Source: Octopus sinensis
Lineage: Eukaryota
DNA length: 64,000 bases
Reading direction: 5' to 3'
NCBI RefSeq assembly: GCF_006345805.1
Contig: NC_042997.1
Coordinates: 115,940,001-116,004,000 of the forward strand
Part shown: positions 1-14,724 of the stretch, one piece after another
Layout of the letters: each line of letters starts with the position of its first letter
Numbering within the stretch: the stretch's first letter is position 1
The notes under the pieces: model-generated
Database searches by the model: none
Told to the model about the DNA's origin: nothing
The model's input: only the letters and a program-made list of their open reading frames with translations
Position numbers and translations under genes: made by a program

Positions 1-1739
1 TGTATTCGTATCTCATGTTTTCGTTTTTGTTGTATATTGTTTATGTTCCATGACGTCCCGTGCCCACGTATGCATATGTATATATGTAAGTATGTACGTA
101 TACGTATGTATACATGCATATATATATTAGTTATATTATTATATGTGTGTGTGTGCGTGTGTGTGTATTATATACGTTATTTTAAGTGCAAGGCGGAAAA
201 ACATGGAATCAATGTGGAGGGGGGAAAATTATTTTCACAAAAATTTCGTTATTGCACAAAGACCAAATGAACTTAAAGAGGAACATATACACAAATAAGG
301 GAGAGAGAGAGGGTGGGGGGAATATTCTTCCTCTATGAATATTTTGATGTTAACGAGACTTAATTTTCTCGCGTCAGTCTAAAGACGAATTGCTTAAGCT
401 TCACAAGCTTTTAGTTATCTAGTTTGTGGAGTCCAAAGCACCAATTCTAAGTGTCTACACTATGGACATCTAGAATTGACTTTAAAATCCTATCCGATAA
501 TCCAGTTTATCCCTGGTTTAAATATATTCCAATAGTGCCTATTTGCAATAATTCTTTCCAGTTTTCAATACAGGGCCCGTTTTCGGCACGGTCAGTTTTC
601 ACCAGTTTTCGGCACAGTGCCAGTTTTCAACACAGGGCCTAACACAGGACTAGTTTTCGGCACGAGGCCAGTTTTCGATACAAGGGAGTATCAATTACAT
701 TGACCCCAGTGTCCAACTGGGACTTTATATTTTATTGTTCCCGAAACGATGAAATGCAAAGCTGACCTCGGCGGATTTTGAACTCAGGACCTAAAAGACG
801 AAACGCTGCGAAGCATTTTTCTCAACGTGCTAAAGATTCTGCCAGCTTGCGACCTCATAAATACATAATAATTTTGCCATAAGACCATTAATTGCGGTGG
901 TGGAGTAAGTCTATTTCATCGATCCCAGTACTCAACTGGTACCTATTTCCTCGACTCCGAAAGGATGAAAGGCAAAGTCGACATCGGCAGAATTTGAACT
1001 TAGAACTTAAAGACGGATGAAAAGCCGCTAAAGCACTTTGTCCGGCATGCTAATCATATTCTACCTCCTCGCTGCCTTACAAGTATAACTGAAATATTAT
1101 TGCGATAAAGAAGTAGCTTGTACTAACTTGACTTCCATGTCGCGTTTACTGTAAACCTGTTTTTACAGCATTTCTTTCTAAACCATCAAATTGTTTCTTA
1201 ACAACTTCTCCGCCTCGAAAAAGAGAGAAAAACAACATAATTCTTTGGGGGGTAAGGAGAGATAAAAAGCCATCAATTTGACGGCTCCTCCAGTTGTCTG
1301 CACTGTTTTAACTACACGTGGTAACGGATCGGATCTGAGGAGGCAATCTTTATACTTGCAAGGAGGTCTAATTAAGGATGTCATTTTACGATAGAGGTTA
1401 ACGTTAGAAGAACTCTTGTTGGGGTTTAAGAGAGTGTATATAAAATGTGTATAGGAAAATGTGGCTGACCACATTTGGTGCAAGATTATGTCGTCTTCAA
1501 ACCGATAAAAGGTCGAATGAGCGAGAGGAACAAAGAATAAGGGTGTGGGGGTTAGGGAAGGGGGTTGTTTCAGGAAATAAATCCGCCATTGTGTATCTTA
1601 CTAACGAAGAATCTGTGATGTTAACCAGATATACACATTAAAGCTTCTGGCTATCTGAAAGACATGTATGTAATTTAATGTACGTACGTATGGATGCATG
1701 CATATACACACACATATAGATATGCATGTATATAAATAA

Positions 1740-1772
<33 letters not shown>

Positions 1773-2074
1773 TATAAATACATATATACATATATCTACA
1801 TATATATATATGTGTGTACACAGACACGCGCGTACACATACATATGTAGCTATACATACACGCATGCGCACACTCGCACACTCACACCGCCATCCCCTAC
1901 CTCTCAGCGATATATCACCTCTTTATTATCTCCATTTCCGAAGTATTTGCGGTGAACCCCATCTTATTTCTCATCTAAATATGAAGTGCTTCGTACTTTT
2001 GTACTTTTTTATGAATGGTTTTAAGAAAGGGAAAGAAAGAGTCGTTATAAGAATGATCTTTTTCGCTACCCAGA

Positions 2075-2106
2075 TCACCACCACCACTACTGCTGCAGCC
2101 GCTGCA

Positions 2107-2151
<45 letters not shown>

Positions 2152-2221
2152 GCTACTACTACTACTACTACTATTGCTATTACTACAACTACTACTATTA
2201 CAACTGCCGCTGATGCTAATG

Positions 2222-2279
<58 letters not shown>

Positions 2280-2285
2280 TACTAT
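2075..2285. repeat. (ACT)n microsatellite; neighbouring (GAT)n array at 2620-2870
   Basis: Direct reading; explains the poly-Thr/Val/Ile/His ORFs in the track. Confidence 0.97.
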
Positions 2286-3628
2286 ATTGCCTTTAGTTAT
2301 TGTTGTAGTGAATGTGAATTTACCAATGTACGTTTTGGGTGGAAAACTGAATTCGTATTTTTTTTCCTCTGTAACTTCGAAGTTCTGTGTGTGACACACC
2401 GAAACCATTAGCAATAGAATGATGTTGTTGTTGTTGTTGTTTATTTAGCCCCAAATTAACTCTGCTTGTGTAGATAAGACTTCAAGATCGAAGACTTTGC
2501 TGTTTCCAGTTCGGGACATCATGTCTTTATTCTATTTTTAGGTATTGCGTATCTAGGACTAAATCCATTCTCTGTGACCTCCCTTTTTCAACACGACATC
2601 GTTTGGGCGACTCGTTGTTATTGTTGAGTATGATGATGATGATGATGATGATAATGCTGCTGATGATTGTGATAATGATGATGACGATGATGACGACGAC
2701 GACGATGGTGATAGTGATAGTGATGATGATGATGATAATGATAATAGCGATGATAATGACGATGATAATGATAATGATGCTGGTGATTGTGATGATAGTG
2801 ATGATGATAACGATGATGATGAGTATGTTGATAATGATGATGATGATGATGATTTTGACGACGATATTGGTAACGATATGATTTCGTGATGATCTCGGCC
2901 ATTTATACACTTTGGAAACCCGTAACCGTCCCAATGAGACAGCAATGTTCCCTTACAAACATGTCCGCAACAATCTGTCTTAAACTTTAATGCAACCCAC
3001 ACACATTCCCGTAACGAGGTTTAACCGATTGAATCAATCCTAATATTACTTTTGAACTTACTTCCGTACGAACGGAAGAAAAATCAAGGCCGAACCTTGT
3101 ACCCACTCTTCGCATATGAATTTTAAAGAAGAGGTCAGTTGATGTCAGATGTGGGGTGTGCGCCGTTACAGCCGCAATATGTCGGTATCTGCTCTGGTCA
3201 TTATGGGCAACCCTCCGAGTAGTGTCCTTGTCCATCCCCATCTCCGCCAGATACTACTTCATCCGCCGTGACGTTGTGACATGAGGTCGACCAAACCCAG
3301 CGGTCATCCCCGCCGGATCCTCAGTGAAGAGAACACGATACGCTGGGTGCAACTCGGAAAATCGAGCAATATGACTAAACTGTCTAAGCAGATATTTCCG
3401 AATCATACAAGCAACAGGACGCATCCCAATTTCTGAGCTGAGTCGTTGGTCCGATACGAAACTCGTCTAAGGGTAACCCATAATCTTGGGAAACGTCCTG
3501 GTACGAAAAGAGTTCAGTCGGCCATGGACTGAGACCTTACTTAATAATAAATCGCCTTATACACGTGAACCGCGAGAATCTAAACAATAACTTTCAAATA
3601 TATTCATAAGATGTCCTGATGCTCCACC

Positions 3629-3778
3629 AGATTCGAACGTGAATATGCTAATCGCTTCACAGACGAACAACGCCTTTACTGCGAATGTTTATTCATAACA
3701 CACAGGATTCCTTGCGCTAATGGAGCTATTCTCTTGTGATAAAACATAGCAGCGATTAGCATACTCACGTTCGAATCT
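3629..3778. mobile_element. Small MITE-like element with 28-bp TIRs
   Basis: AGATTCGAACGTGAATATGCTAATCGCT ... AGCGATTAGCATACTCACGTTCGAATCT (one mismatch); no clear TSD. Confidence 0.6.
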
Positions 3779-3825
3779 CACGAAACGTATTTAAAATGAA
3801 TATCCAAGTCATCGTTACGATATCA

Positions 3826-4163
3826 CATTGGCTCTCAGCCAGTGTCTAAATTATCCCTGGAGGTCCATTTAAGATTTTTCGGGGTCCCCGCAAGCATAGT
3901 AAATTGGAAACGCACTATAGTACTTTAAGTGTCTTTGAATAAATGTTGCTTTAGACCTATCCATTGCAAAAATAAGTTAGGTTCATTTCTATAATATTTT
4001 ATGTAGTTCAACCTACACAAAGTTAATGCGTGAATAACAAAACAGGAACTTTGAAAGAAGTATCTATTAAACTAATTTTTAAACACCGAATGGCTATGGG
4101 GGTCCTCCAGAATAAAATAACAATCATGGGGTTTATAGGTAAAAAAATGGTTTAGAACCACTA
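3826..4163. mobile_element. Possible hAT-type MITE remnant
   Basis: Degenerate ends CATTGGCTCTCAGCC ... GGTTTAGAACCACTA resemble CAGTGGTTCTCAACC-type hAT TIRs. Confidence 0.35.
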
Positions 4164-4767
4164 TGGTGTAACTAACAACCACAGAGAACTATTGTCCAGT
4201 AGTGTGTTACCATTTTTACGACTTCTCCATCCTCAACGCCATCTCGAAATGATACACAGCTCTGTACATCATAAACGAATCCAGCAGGAATTATAGGACC
4301 AAAATAAATTTCTGTTTAACTTGGTTCTTTGTTTGTAACATAAGTTCCTATGTTATATATTTATTTACTTTTAAATTTTACTTTGTAACCAATCTTTGGC
4401 AATTTTACTTGAAATTTACACAGAATTTCAATAGTTTTCCTAAACATAATACTTTGCACACACACATGCTGATACACACCAAAACATATACATATACGTA
4501 TATATGAATGTATGTGCTTATATACGCATGTTTATAAACATATTCACACACACATACACACACATACATTGGTGTGTGTATGTGTGTGTTTTATGGCTCT
4601 CCACAGCCATAAATCATTCACACTGTAGGCCTATTCTTTGCAGAGAAGAGATGAAACAGTGAATCAATTCTGAAATCTTCACCTCGAGTTTCCCCATAAC
4701 GTATCTCGAATAAAAACACATTTTTTTTTGAAATTCAGCATTATATACATAAACTATATATATGCAT

Positions 4768-4811
<44 letters not shown>

Positions 4812-5329
4812 ATACATGTGTGTGTTTGTTGTATGATATATGTATGAAATGTATGTATAATCTTTGATATGTGTCTGCACAAACACACACATGAATATAT
4901 GTAATTATATGGTATATATATATGTATTATGTATATATATTATGTATATATGTATAAATGTGTATATTGTATATATGTTATAAGTATATATATGTTATAT
5001 ATATGTGTGTGTGTGTATATATTATAATTATAGAGTATATATATATTATGTATATATATATATATATAATATATATATATATATAATATCTATTAATATA
5101 ATTATAATATGTATATTTTAATATAATAATATATATAAGATATATATATATGTATATATTAATATTATATATATATATAAATATTATATATGTATTATTA
5201 ATATATATATGTAGATATATAATATATATATATGTATATTTAAATATATATATGTATATTTTAATATATATATACATGTATTATAATATTATACTGTATA
5301 TATTAATAGATATATATATAATATATATA

Positions 5330-5376
<47 letters not shown>

Positions 5377-5699
5377 ATCTTTCCGTATATATTTCTTACA
5401 CACACAGGCGCGTGTGTATCCGTATGTGTGGTGTGTGTGTGTGTTTGTGTGTGTGTGCATGTGCCTGCGTACATGTATATACTTATATATGTACATAAAA
5501 AAGCAAGTCATAAAAACTTCATTTTGCCTCTCAAAGAACAATGGAGTCTTATAGTTAACCTCTAAAACAGCAAGGAGTCCAGAAACCTTACCCACGAGCT
5601 TATGTTCGTTAACATAACAGCTTAACCATCATCCAGCTATGACTACACGGGCACCAAAAACATTTAACGAAAGCATAGTACATGTTACAAAGTTACAAA

Positions 5700-6292
5700 T
5701 AATGTAAAACGGGTTCTCTGTGATCATATCCAACGAAAATGACAATGGTTAGTGGCCATTAGAAAAGGAGCAATCCACCTCCAAACTAGGACTACATCCA
5801 CCAAAACGATAAGCTCTGATTGGTGGGATATAAAGCGAGCCATTTATTATGAAGTGTTAAAGCAAAACGAGAGATTACGGCAAAGTATTGTCAATTGGAA
5901 ATATTACACACAAATATGCTGAAAAGGTGGGGATGTTGCTCACGACTACACGTTCTCCAAATAACTCAGAGAAAAATTACGACGCTTAATATGGAAGATG
6001 TGCTTCAGCCTCCTTATTCTTTGCTCCATTTGACTGCCATCTTTTCAGATCATTGCAACTGTATTTAGAGAGAAAGCAGTTGATTAATCGTGAACAAACT
6101 GAAAAGGATATTGAGTGTTTCTTTGCGTTGAAACCTGAAGAATTCTACGCCCGAGAATGAGAAATTTGCGAAATATACGGGATTATGTTATCAATAATGG
6201 AGAGATATTATTTTGTATATCCATTAAGAGCAAAGAAACAAACGTTTCTTTGCCATCATGAAATACGATTAGGCTTTCTAACTAATCCAATA
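5700..6292 (+). mobile_element. Mariner transposase 3' remnant with right TIR
   Basis: Remnants of WWDIK, YYEVLKQNE, QPPYS, APFDCHLFRSLQ and FFALKPEEFY. Ends ...CTAACTAATCCAATA TA like the 27578 end. Confidence 0.75.
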
Positions 6293-6364
6293 TAAATATA
6301 TTTAGCCACGCGCATGTGTGGGTGTGTGTCTGCGTGTGTGAATGAATTAATTAATGTATGTATT

Positions 6365-6395
<31 letters not shown>

Positions 6396-6400
6396 GTATG

Positions 6401-6435
<35 letters not shown>

Positions 6436-9120
6436 GTATGTATGTATGAATAAGCTCATATATATATGTATGAATAAGCTCATATATATATGTATAAATA
6501 CACACACATATAGTGTGTGTGAGTATATATATATTATATATATTAATATATATATATATATATATATATGGAACCCTCGTTGTCGTAACCGATGGAATAC
6601 CATGGATATATAGATATACTTTAATTTAAAAAGCAGCAGGAATTTAACAAAAGCTGTTACTCTGGAGTTCCGTGCACTCCGTCGGTTAAGACAACGAAGG
6701 TTCCAGGTGATCTGATCAACGGAACAGCCTACTTGTGAAATTAACGTGCAAGTGGCTGAGCACTCCACAGAACATGTACCCGTAACGTAGTTCTCTTACC
6801 ACACAGCCACTCCGGATTTTTAGTTTCTGGGGATTTGTTGTGTATTTATCATTAGTTTTCAGTTTTAAAGTGCAAGTAGTTTGCATATTTTCAAATGAAT
6901 TAACCAATGCTGTGTGCTACAGCGACTACAAACTATAGGGCTAAACAATAAATTCATGCACAAACGAAAGAACAATTGTACCTGCGTTTCAGTTTCTCTT
7001 TAACAAGTCATTGTGTACTAGAAATAAATTTTTAATCTAGCTGATAAAAAACAAAATAATTTAAATACGTAAATTAGTCTACATGTTTTACTTTAAATAT
7101 GCAAATTAGTCTATATGATTTGCTTTAATCCCTAATATGAGTCGGGTTTCCAGGCTGTGTGTTCAAGAAGTAGAAGTTACTGACGATGCTCTTAACAAGA
7201 ATTGAAACGTCCGTACATCGTCCTTTTCGGCCCAATAATATTTTTTTGTGTAGTGATAGAGTAGTTCGAGCCGAAAAGATCCTGGTACAATAAGATAGTA
7301 AGCATCAAACATGTACACGGCTTGTATTGATGACAAAAAGCAGACGATACTTGATCAACAAGATTTATTAACCGGCGAATGTTGTACACTTCGTTCTATA
7401 TCGAATTAATTTCAAAAAGATGACCTCCACTATACAACTCACGGTTTAGCAATAAAGACGGCCTAGTATGCGAATATAAGATTAAAGAGTGAAGGGAATG
7501 GAGAAGGTAAATCCAGATTACATATGTTTCCAAGACAATACTAACATATTTTATGTAACTCGTAACAAACACACACATATATATAAATGTATATATATAT
7601 ATATATATATATATTCAGCCAAGCTTTATTTCATATTTAATTACTTGCAGTTGTAATCCATCGTCGCCAGCAGCAACGTGAATATACATAATATATATAC
7701 ACGCATGCACGCACACATATATTTATATATATACACACATATATTATATAATACACACATATATTATATAATCTTTCATCACCGCTTAATGACAATACAT
7801 TGAAAATGATATTTCAGGGCTATCATTTGCTATTGATTGTGGTTTCAAAGACTAATATAAAAGATTATATATATATATGCTATGATAAAACTAAAACTAA
7901 AAACAATGTTTTAACATTTATTTATTATCGCGATCCGTATCGAATATTTTAAACTAGACGATATTGTGTTCTGGCAGAAGAATTCCAGTTATTTGAGGTT
8001 TCTAAAATGGCGTACTTAAAGATAAATTACACCAATTTGAAGTTTGAAATAGGGAGGTTTTGACTTCCTGGTTGTATTCCTGTTTCATCTGCTGCCAATT
8101 TTGCAGAGAAAGAGAAAATGAGAAATAATGTCTGCTGGTTACTGACCGAATAAACCCAATATATATATATATATATATATGTATAAACACATACACTCAT
8201 ATGTATATATATGTATACACAAACACACTCACACACATATATATATATGGATGTTTGTGTGTGTATATATATTGACACACATATTAGTGCGTGCGAGATT
8301 AATATACATACATAATTATATGTCTATATATACATATATATGTATGCGTATACTATTTGTATATTTACTATACGTGTATATATATGTATGTATATATATA
8401 TATATATATATATAGATATATATATATATATAATATATATATATATATTATATATATATATTGCATGTATGTACGCATGCATGTACATGTAAACATATAT
8501 GTATATGGATGCTCAGAAGCATGTATGCACACAAGAAAATTTATACATACATATATTGTTATACACACGCTCACATAATTTATCCACATATATAACTATA
8601 TATGTGCTTGCATGTGTTAAGAATATATCTATCTGTGTGTGTATGTGTGTGTGTGCTTATGTACATACAAGCGTGTAAGCGTCCATATATACATGTATAT
8701 GGCTACCAGCAGTGGCCTATTTCTTGTCAAAAATGTTTAGTTACGAACGTGCCTCGGCTGGTGTTTTCCCGGATGTACCCCAACAAAATCTTCTTAGATA
8801 TGGCCAAAACTATCTGTCAAGACAGACGGAAATTATACTTACAAATACAGGAGTTGATCATATACACACAGACACGTGTGTATTCCTACACATAGCAACA
8901 TATACGGGAACCACACTCACACACACACTCACACACACACACACACACGTACACGTAAGCATATGTGCGCATGCGCCATTGAAGAGAAACTTGTACATGT
9001 ACCGATACACGTGCACTCGAGTACGAAAAGCTGTACACATATTCACACTTCCATATAAATATCAAATGCAGACACTACATATCGTTGTGCGCACGCACAC
9101 ACAACACACACACACACACA

Positions 9121-9153
<33 letters not shown>

Positions 9154-9505
9154 ATATGAAATTAAATTTTTGCATATTTGTACAGCATGTGTATGTATGT
9201 ATGTATGTATGTATGTACATAAATACAAACATACGTACTACGTACGTAATATCTATGTACAGGAGAAAGTGAGTGTTTATCACTGCACATTTATATGTAT
9301 TATTTGCATGTATATGTATATATATGTATGTATATACGTGTGTGTGTGAGTGTGCGTGTGTGTATATATACAAGCATCCACACGCATTTATATTTATATG
9401 TAGGGTGAAATGTGTGTGTTTATGAATATATATACATGCGTATATAGATACATTTTACACACACATACACATGTTTACATAGGCACTCTCTCGTGCCGAC
9501 GTATG

Positions 9506-9540
<35 letters not shown>

Positions 9541-9668
9541 TTATGTGTGTGTGTGTATATGAATGCATATGCATTCATATGTAAATACATGTACACACAC
9601 ACATATGCACACATATTTACATACATACACACTCTCTCTCTCTCAGCCGACATGTGTCTGTGCGTGTA

Positions 9669-9703
<35 letters not shown>

Positions 9704-10142
9704 ATGTTTATACTTCAGTCTGTGACGGTATGCATATTGCGTTTGTATTTTGAGTTATAAACAAAACGTAGTTTAACCAAAATTTGAAAGTTAATCGCAA
9801 AAATTATGAGGAGGGAATAGTATGAGGTAGACGAAGGAGGTAGGTACAGTATGCTTGATATCAGCTGTTACAGCTGGATGTAACCAGTCTCAACACATTC
9901 ATTATAGCCACAGGTATGAACGAGAGTGCTATTGTGAAGTCGCTGGACACGCTAGAAATAGCAGTGACTCTTCGACAAAGCGCGTCCTGGCGCATTGAAA
10001 ATGGATATAATGTGTGATATAATCTATGCTACTATATTTCTGAAAAATCGTGGTGATGGTCATGGTGTAGATGCTTTTGAGCTGAGGTCTGCATGATCGG
10101 GAAAAATTTTGGGTCGAAGCAGCAACAGCTATATGGCTATTA

Positions 10143-10151
10143 TCCTGCATA

Positions 10152-10213
<62 letters not shown>

Positions 10214-10218
10214 ATCTG

Positions 10219-10289
<71 letters not shown>

Positions 10290-10338
10290 ATCTATCTATA
10301 CTATCTATATCTGTATCTATCTATACTATCTATATCTG

Positions 10339-10437
<99 letters not shown>

Positions 10438-10466
10438 ATATCTATCTATCTATATATCTATATCTA

Positions 10467-10537
<71 letters not shown>
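10143..10537. repeat. (ATCT)n microsatellite, about 400 bp
   Basis: Direct reading; a similar ATCT/ACCT/GTCT compound array is at 36525-36795. Confidence 0.97.
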
Positions 10538-11143
10538 TTGATGCAGATTCTCTGCTCAACTTTCTCTGTCATGGTCAATGCGACAATCCCACATTACACA
10601 CCTTCCTTCCAAGCACTGCTGTAAACAGGGTACGTGAGCTAGAACGTTAAGATTTAGTGCTCATCTACAGCAGAGTTCACGTTCAATCTGGGTGCTTTAG
10701 TTTCGTTACTATGGCAGCAGTGCGGATATTTATCAGGGAAATCGGAACCATCTGTGATTTATTTTTGATCTTCGATATAAATGAAGATATTTTCTTCGTT
10801 TTGCTGCTTTTCTTTCTACAAAATGAGAAGATACATTGCGGAACCGTTATTTTAACGAGTTGTATCTATTTATCACCCGATGAGACACATCTACACCTGC
10901 TCCTGCAGCTGTTGCTGAGCGTCCCACTTATGAGGGATCGATGCTAGATGTATCGAAACAATTGTCGTGATTTATAAAAGAAATTCTCGTATATTCTATC
11001 TTCTGCCTTTCATTTACTGTGATTATACATACTCCATCCCTCTCTCTCACTCTCTGCACACATACACACACACACAGACGCACACACACACACACACACA
11101 CAATGTAGAAAAAATAATATAGGATATATATATATATATATAT

Positions 11144-11358
11144 AAGGGAATGCTGAAAAGTCTCGCTTTAAGATTATCGCGAAAGGCCTGGTTGTAGGCC
11201 CAACCTTCCGAGTTATTTTACAGGACTTAGAAAAACTGAAGGACCACTGCAATAAGTGTGCGAATCTGAGTGGGGAATATGTTGAATAAAATCATATTTA
11301 ACTGATCCTCCTGTATTTTCTTTTAGCGAAATCCAGGAACTTTTGAGCACCCCTCGTG
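11144..11358 (+). mobile_element. Mariner-derived MITE (internally deleted)
   Basis: Imperfect TIRs GGGAATGCTGAAAAGTCTCGCTTT / AAATCCAGGAACTTTTTGAGCACCCCTCG enclose a transposase C-terminal remnant LEKLKDHCNKCANLSGEYVE*. A left-end copy is at about 49044-49115. Confidence 0.7.
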
Positions 11359-11564
11359 TACAAGTCTATATAATGTAAATACGTACATATAGTTCTCTAA
11401 CGTGTTAAGAACATTATCAATTAAACAACTGAGACAATTTTCAGGACAAATAATTAAATAAAAAAAATGAAAAGCAAAGAAATCTTACATATCCGATTTA
11501 GGGAGACAAGTCCAGGTAGATATCAATTTAGTCGTAAATTTGATTCTGATCACATCATCATCAT

Positions 11565-12000
11565 CGTTTAACGTCCGCTTTCCATGCTAGCATGGGTTGG
11601 ACGATTTGACTGAAGGCTGGCGAATCAGATGGCTGCACCAGACTCCAATCTGATCTGGCAGAGTTTCTACAGCTGGATGCCAACCAATCCGAGAGGGTAG
11701 TGGGTGCTTTTATGCGCCACCTGCACAGGAGCCAGTCCAGCGGCACTGACAACGACCTCGCTCGAATGTTTTTTCACGTGCCACCGGCACAAGTGCCAGT
11801 AAGGCGACGCTGGTAACGATCACGCTTGAATGGTGCTTTTTACATGCAACTGGCATGAAAACCAGTTAGCTGCTCTGGCAACGATCACGCTTGGATGATG
11901 CTCTTAGCGCTCCACTAGCATGGATGCCAGTCATCGAATTTGATTTCGATTTCACTTGCCTCAACAGGTCTCCGCAAGCAGAGTTTAGTGTCCAATGAAG
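11565..12000 (-). mobile_element. RTE-like LINE 3' UTR with (GAT)n tail
   Basis: Sense ...CCCATGCTAGCATGGAAAGCGGACGTTAAACGATGATGATG. Related diverged ends at about 54115-54260 and 55620-55810 (GGCTGGATGCCCTTC motif). Confidence 0.6.
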
Positions 12001-12119
12001 GAAGGGAAAGGAAAGGGAAGGTCACACACACACACAGTATTAATTCCAGTTAAATTACTTAATGTAGTAGGTTCCGAGAAAATGTAATAAAGTATACAAT
12101 CGAAACAGATATAATAATC

Positions 12120-12523
12120 TCTTTGCTCTTTTACTTGTTTCAATCATTTGGCAGTGGCCATGCTGGATCACTGCCTTTAGTCGAGCAAATCGACCCCAGG
12201 ACTTATTCTTTGCAAGCCTAGTACTTATTATATCGGTCCCTTTTGCCAAACCGCTAAGTTACGGGGACGTAAACACACCAGCATCGGTTGTCAAGCGATG
12301 TTAGGGGGACAAACACACACACACGAACATATACACACACATACATATATACATATATACGACGGGCTTCTTTCAGTTTCCGTCTACCAAATCCACTCAC
12401 AAGGCTTTGGTCGGCCCGAGGCTATAGTAGAAGACACTTGCCCAAGGTGCCACGCAGTGGGACTGAACCCGGGACCATGTGGTTGGTAAGCAAGCTACTT
12501 ACCACACAGCCACTCCTACGCCT
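12120..12523 (-). mobile_element. SINE-A copy, uninterrupted head (empty-site reference)
   Basis: Reverse complement of the 22042 copy; reads GGTTGGTAAGCAAGCTACTTACCACACAGCCACTCCT with no insertion. Confidence 0.9.
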
Positions 12524-12709
12524 TTATTTATCCATATAAATAAATAATTTTCCGACATATGTTTCTGGTTAGCTTGAATGTGTGCGTGTGTGTGTGAATA
12601 TTTGTGTTCGCTAGTACTTATGAGTATGTTTGCAAAAAACAAAGCAACTCACATCCATCCAGAACAAAATAATTGCTTCTAACTCATACTTTTATTTTCC
12701 TCATTGCAG

Positions 12710-12983
12710 GCGGATGTTCCCAACGTTCCAAGTTCGTCTCTACGGGCTCGATCCGATGGTGGATTACATGGTCATGATGGATTTTGTGCCTTGTGACGAC
12801 AAACGCTATCGCTATTCGTTCCACAGTTCCAGTTGGATAGTGTCAGGGAAATCGGAGCCCTATGTTCCTGGACGGTTCCATATTCACCCTGATTCCCCTG
12901 CTAAAGGAGCGCAATGGATGAAACAGATTGTGGCTTTCGATAAACTCAAACTGACCAATAACCCTAAAGATTTAAACGGACAT
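12710..12983 (+). CDS. TBX1: T-box transcription factor, Tbx1/Tbx10 (org-1) subfamily, first T-box exon seen in the window
   Basis: Acceptor tcattgcAG (12708-9) and donor cat|GTaagt (12984). Encodes (G)[91 protein letters not shown]. The motifs RMFPTFQV, DDKRYRYxFHSSSW and [16 protein letters not shown] are typical of Tbx1. Confidence 0.95.
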
Positions 12984-13091
12984 GTAAGTATATAGTGTGT
13001 CTATTTGTGTGTTGTGTGTGTGTGTGTGTGTGTGAATGTATGTGTCTGTGTTGGTATATATAAGCGTATATATACATGTCTATATTATTGC

Positions 13092-13127
<36 letters not shown>

Positions 13128-13784
13128 GCTATAATATAGACATGTATATATACGCTTATATATACCAACACAGACACGTTTATGTATATCTATGTATTTA
13201 TACGTATGTGTTTGTGTCTGGGTATACATATACGTATGAATGTATGTATGTTGCTTAATGTCTAATGAACAACAAAGGAGTGCTCGATACATGTTTACAA
13301 TAATTGTTGTATTAAAATTAATTTTGAAGCCGAGAGTGTGTTTTGCAATGACATGAAACTCCAGTCGCGGGACACACTTTTAGCTTAGTTTGTGTGTGTG
13401 TCTCTTCGATACAACCAGAACACGAATACAACTTCTGTTCTGTCTGAAGAAACGAAAACTTGTAATAGTATTCCTCTTAAAATCCATGGATTTTTTTCAA
13501 ATCATATTTGTAATATCCTGCGGATGGAGAACACAACAACTAAATCATGAGATTTGTGGAAACGTACGTAGCAATGCATCAAAGAATTTATGAATTTCTA
13601 TCCAAACGTTCTTTTTATTACAACACTCATTCTATACTATAGCATCACCAAACTGATAAACTTCCCATAAGATTACTGTGGGAGAAGGGCACAGTAAGAA
13701 TTAGACGAATAAATAAATAACATAGGCCCTTTTTTTTTAGCTCAATCAAAAAACGATTCACGTTCATGATTGGAAGGATATATC

Positions 13785-13820
<36 letters not shown>

Positions 13821-13841
13821 CTTCAAATATATATATGTATG

Positions 13842-13872
<31 letters not shown>

Positions 13873-13969
13873 ATATGTATGTATGTATATATATATGTAT
13901 ATATGTATGTATGTATATATGTATGTATGTATGTATGTATATATGTATGTATGTATATATGTATGTATG

Positions 13970-14018
<49 letters not shown>

Positions 14019-14139
14019 ATATATGTATATGTATATATGTATGTATATATATATATGTATGTATATATATGCATACAGTAATCCCTCGACTATCGCGGGT
14101 GTTGTGTTCCAAAACCTCCCACAGAAATAATTAAAATCT

Positions 14140-14394
14140 ATTTATTTGTATGTTATAAAATGATGAAATTTTCTTTTAAAAAACATAACAGAACAAATAA
14201 ATTATATATCAGTTGATCAGAAATTCTAAGCATTTCGTTAAATGCTTAGAACATCTGATCAGCTAGGTGATAGGACTGAAACAGATATGTAGGTTCCTTT
14301 ATTTTATTTTTTGAGCTTTACAGTTTGAATCAATATATTTGTAATGTTGTTTCTTAAAAGAAAATTTCATCATTTTATAACATACAAATAAATT
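14140..14394. mobile_element. MITE-like foldback with about 50-bp TIRs and an internal hairpin
   Basis: ATTTATTTGTATGTTATAAAATGATGAAATTTTCTTTTAA ... TTAAAAGAAAATTTTCATCATTTTATAACATACAAATAAAT. Internal CTAAGCATTT-CGTT-AAATGCTTAG flanked by TGATCAG/CTGATCA. Confidence 0.75.
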
Positions 14395-14660
14395 ATTCAT
14401 ACATCCATTTTTCTCTCTATTTCTTTTATTCTCTGAATAGTGATGATATATAATTTCAATACTTCCTAGCATATACCCGTGACTTTCGCATTATATGATA
14501 GGGACTAACCTGTGGAATACCTTGGATTATATAATCTCTAATCAGGATATAACTTCCTCGAATTAACTCTATCTATCTGTATCTATATATATGTATGTGT
14601 GTTACACACATATATGTTTTGTACACATATATATGTATATCATATATATATATATATATA

Positions 14661-14721
<61 letters not shown>

Positions 14722-14724
<3 letters not shown>

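Noticed and set aside
1-12709. Upstream Tbx1 exon encoding ...LWxEFxxLGTEMIVTKxG
   Set aside because: No such translation spotted on the + strand by eye; it probably lies 5' of the window. A TBLASTN would settle it.
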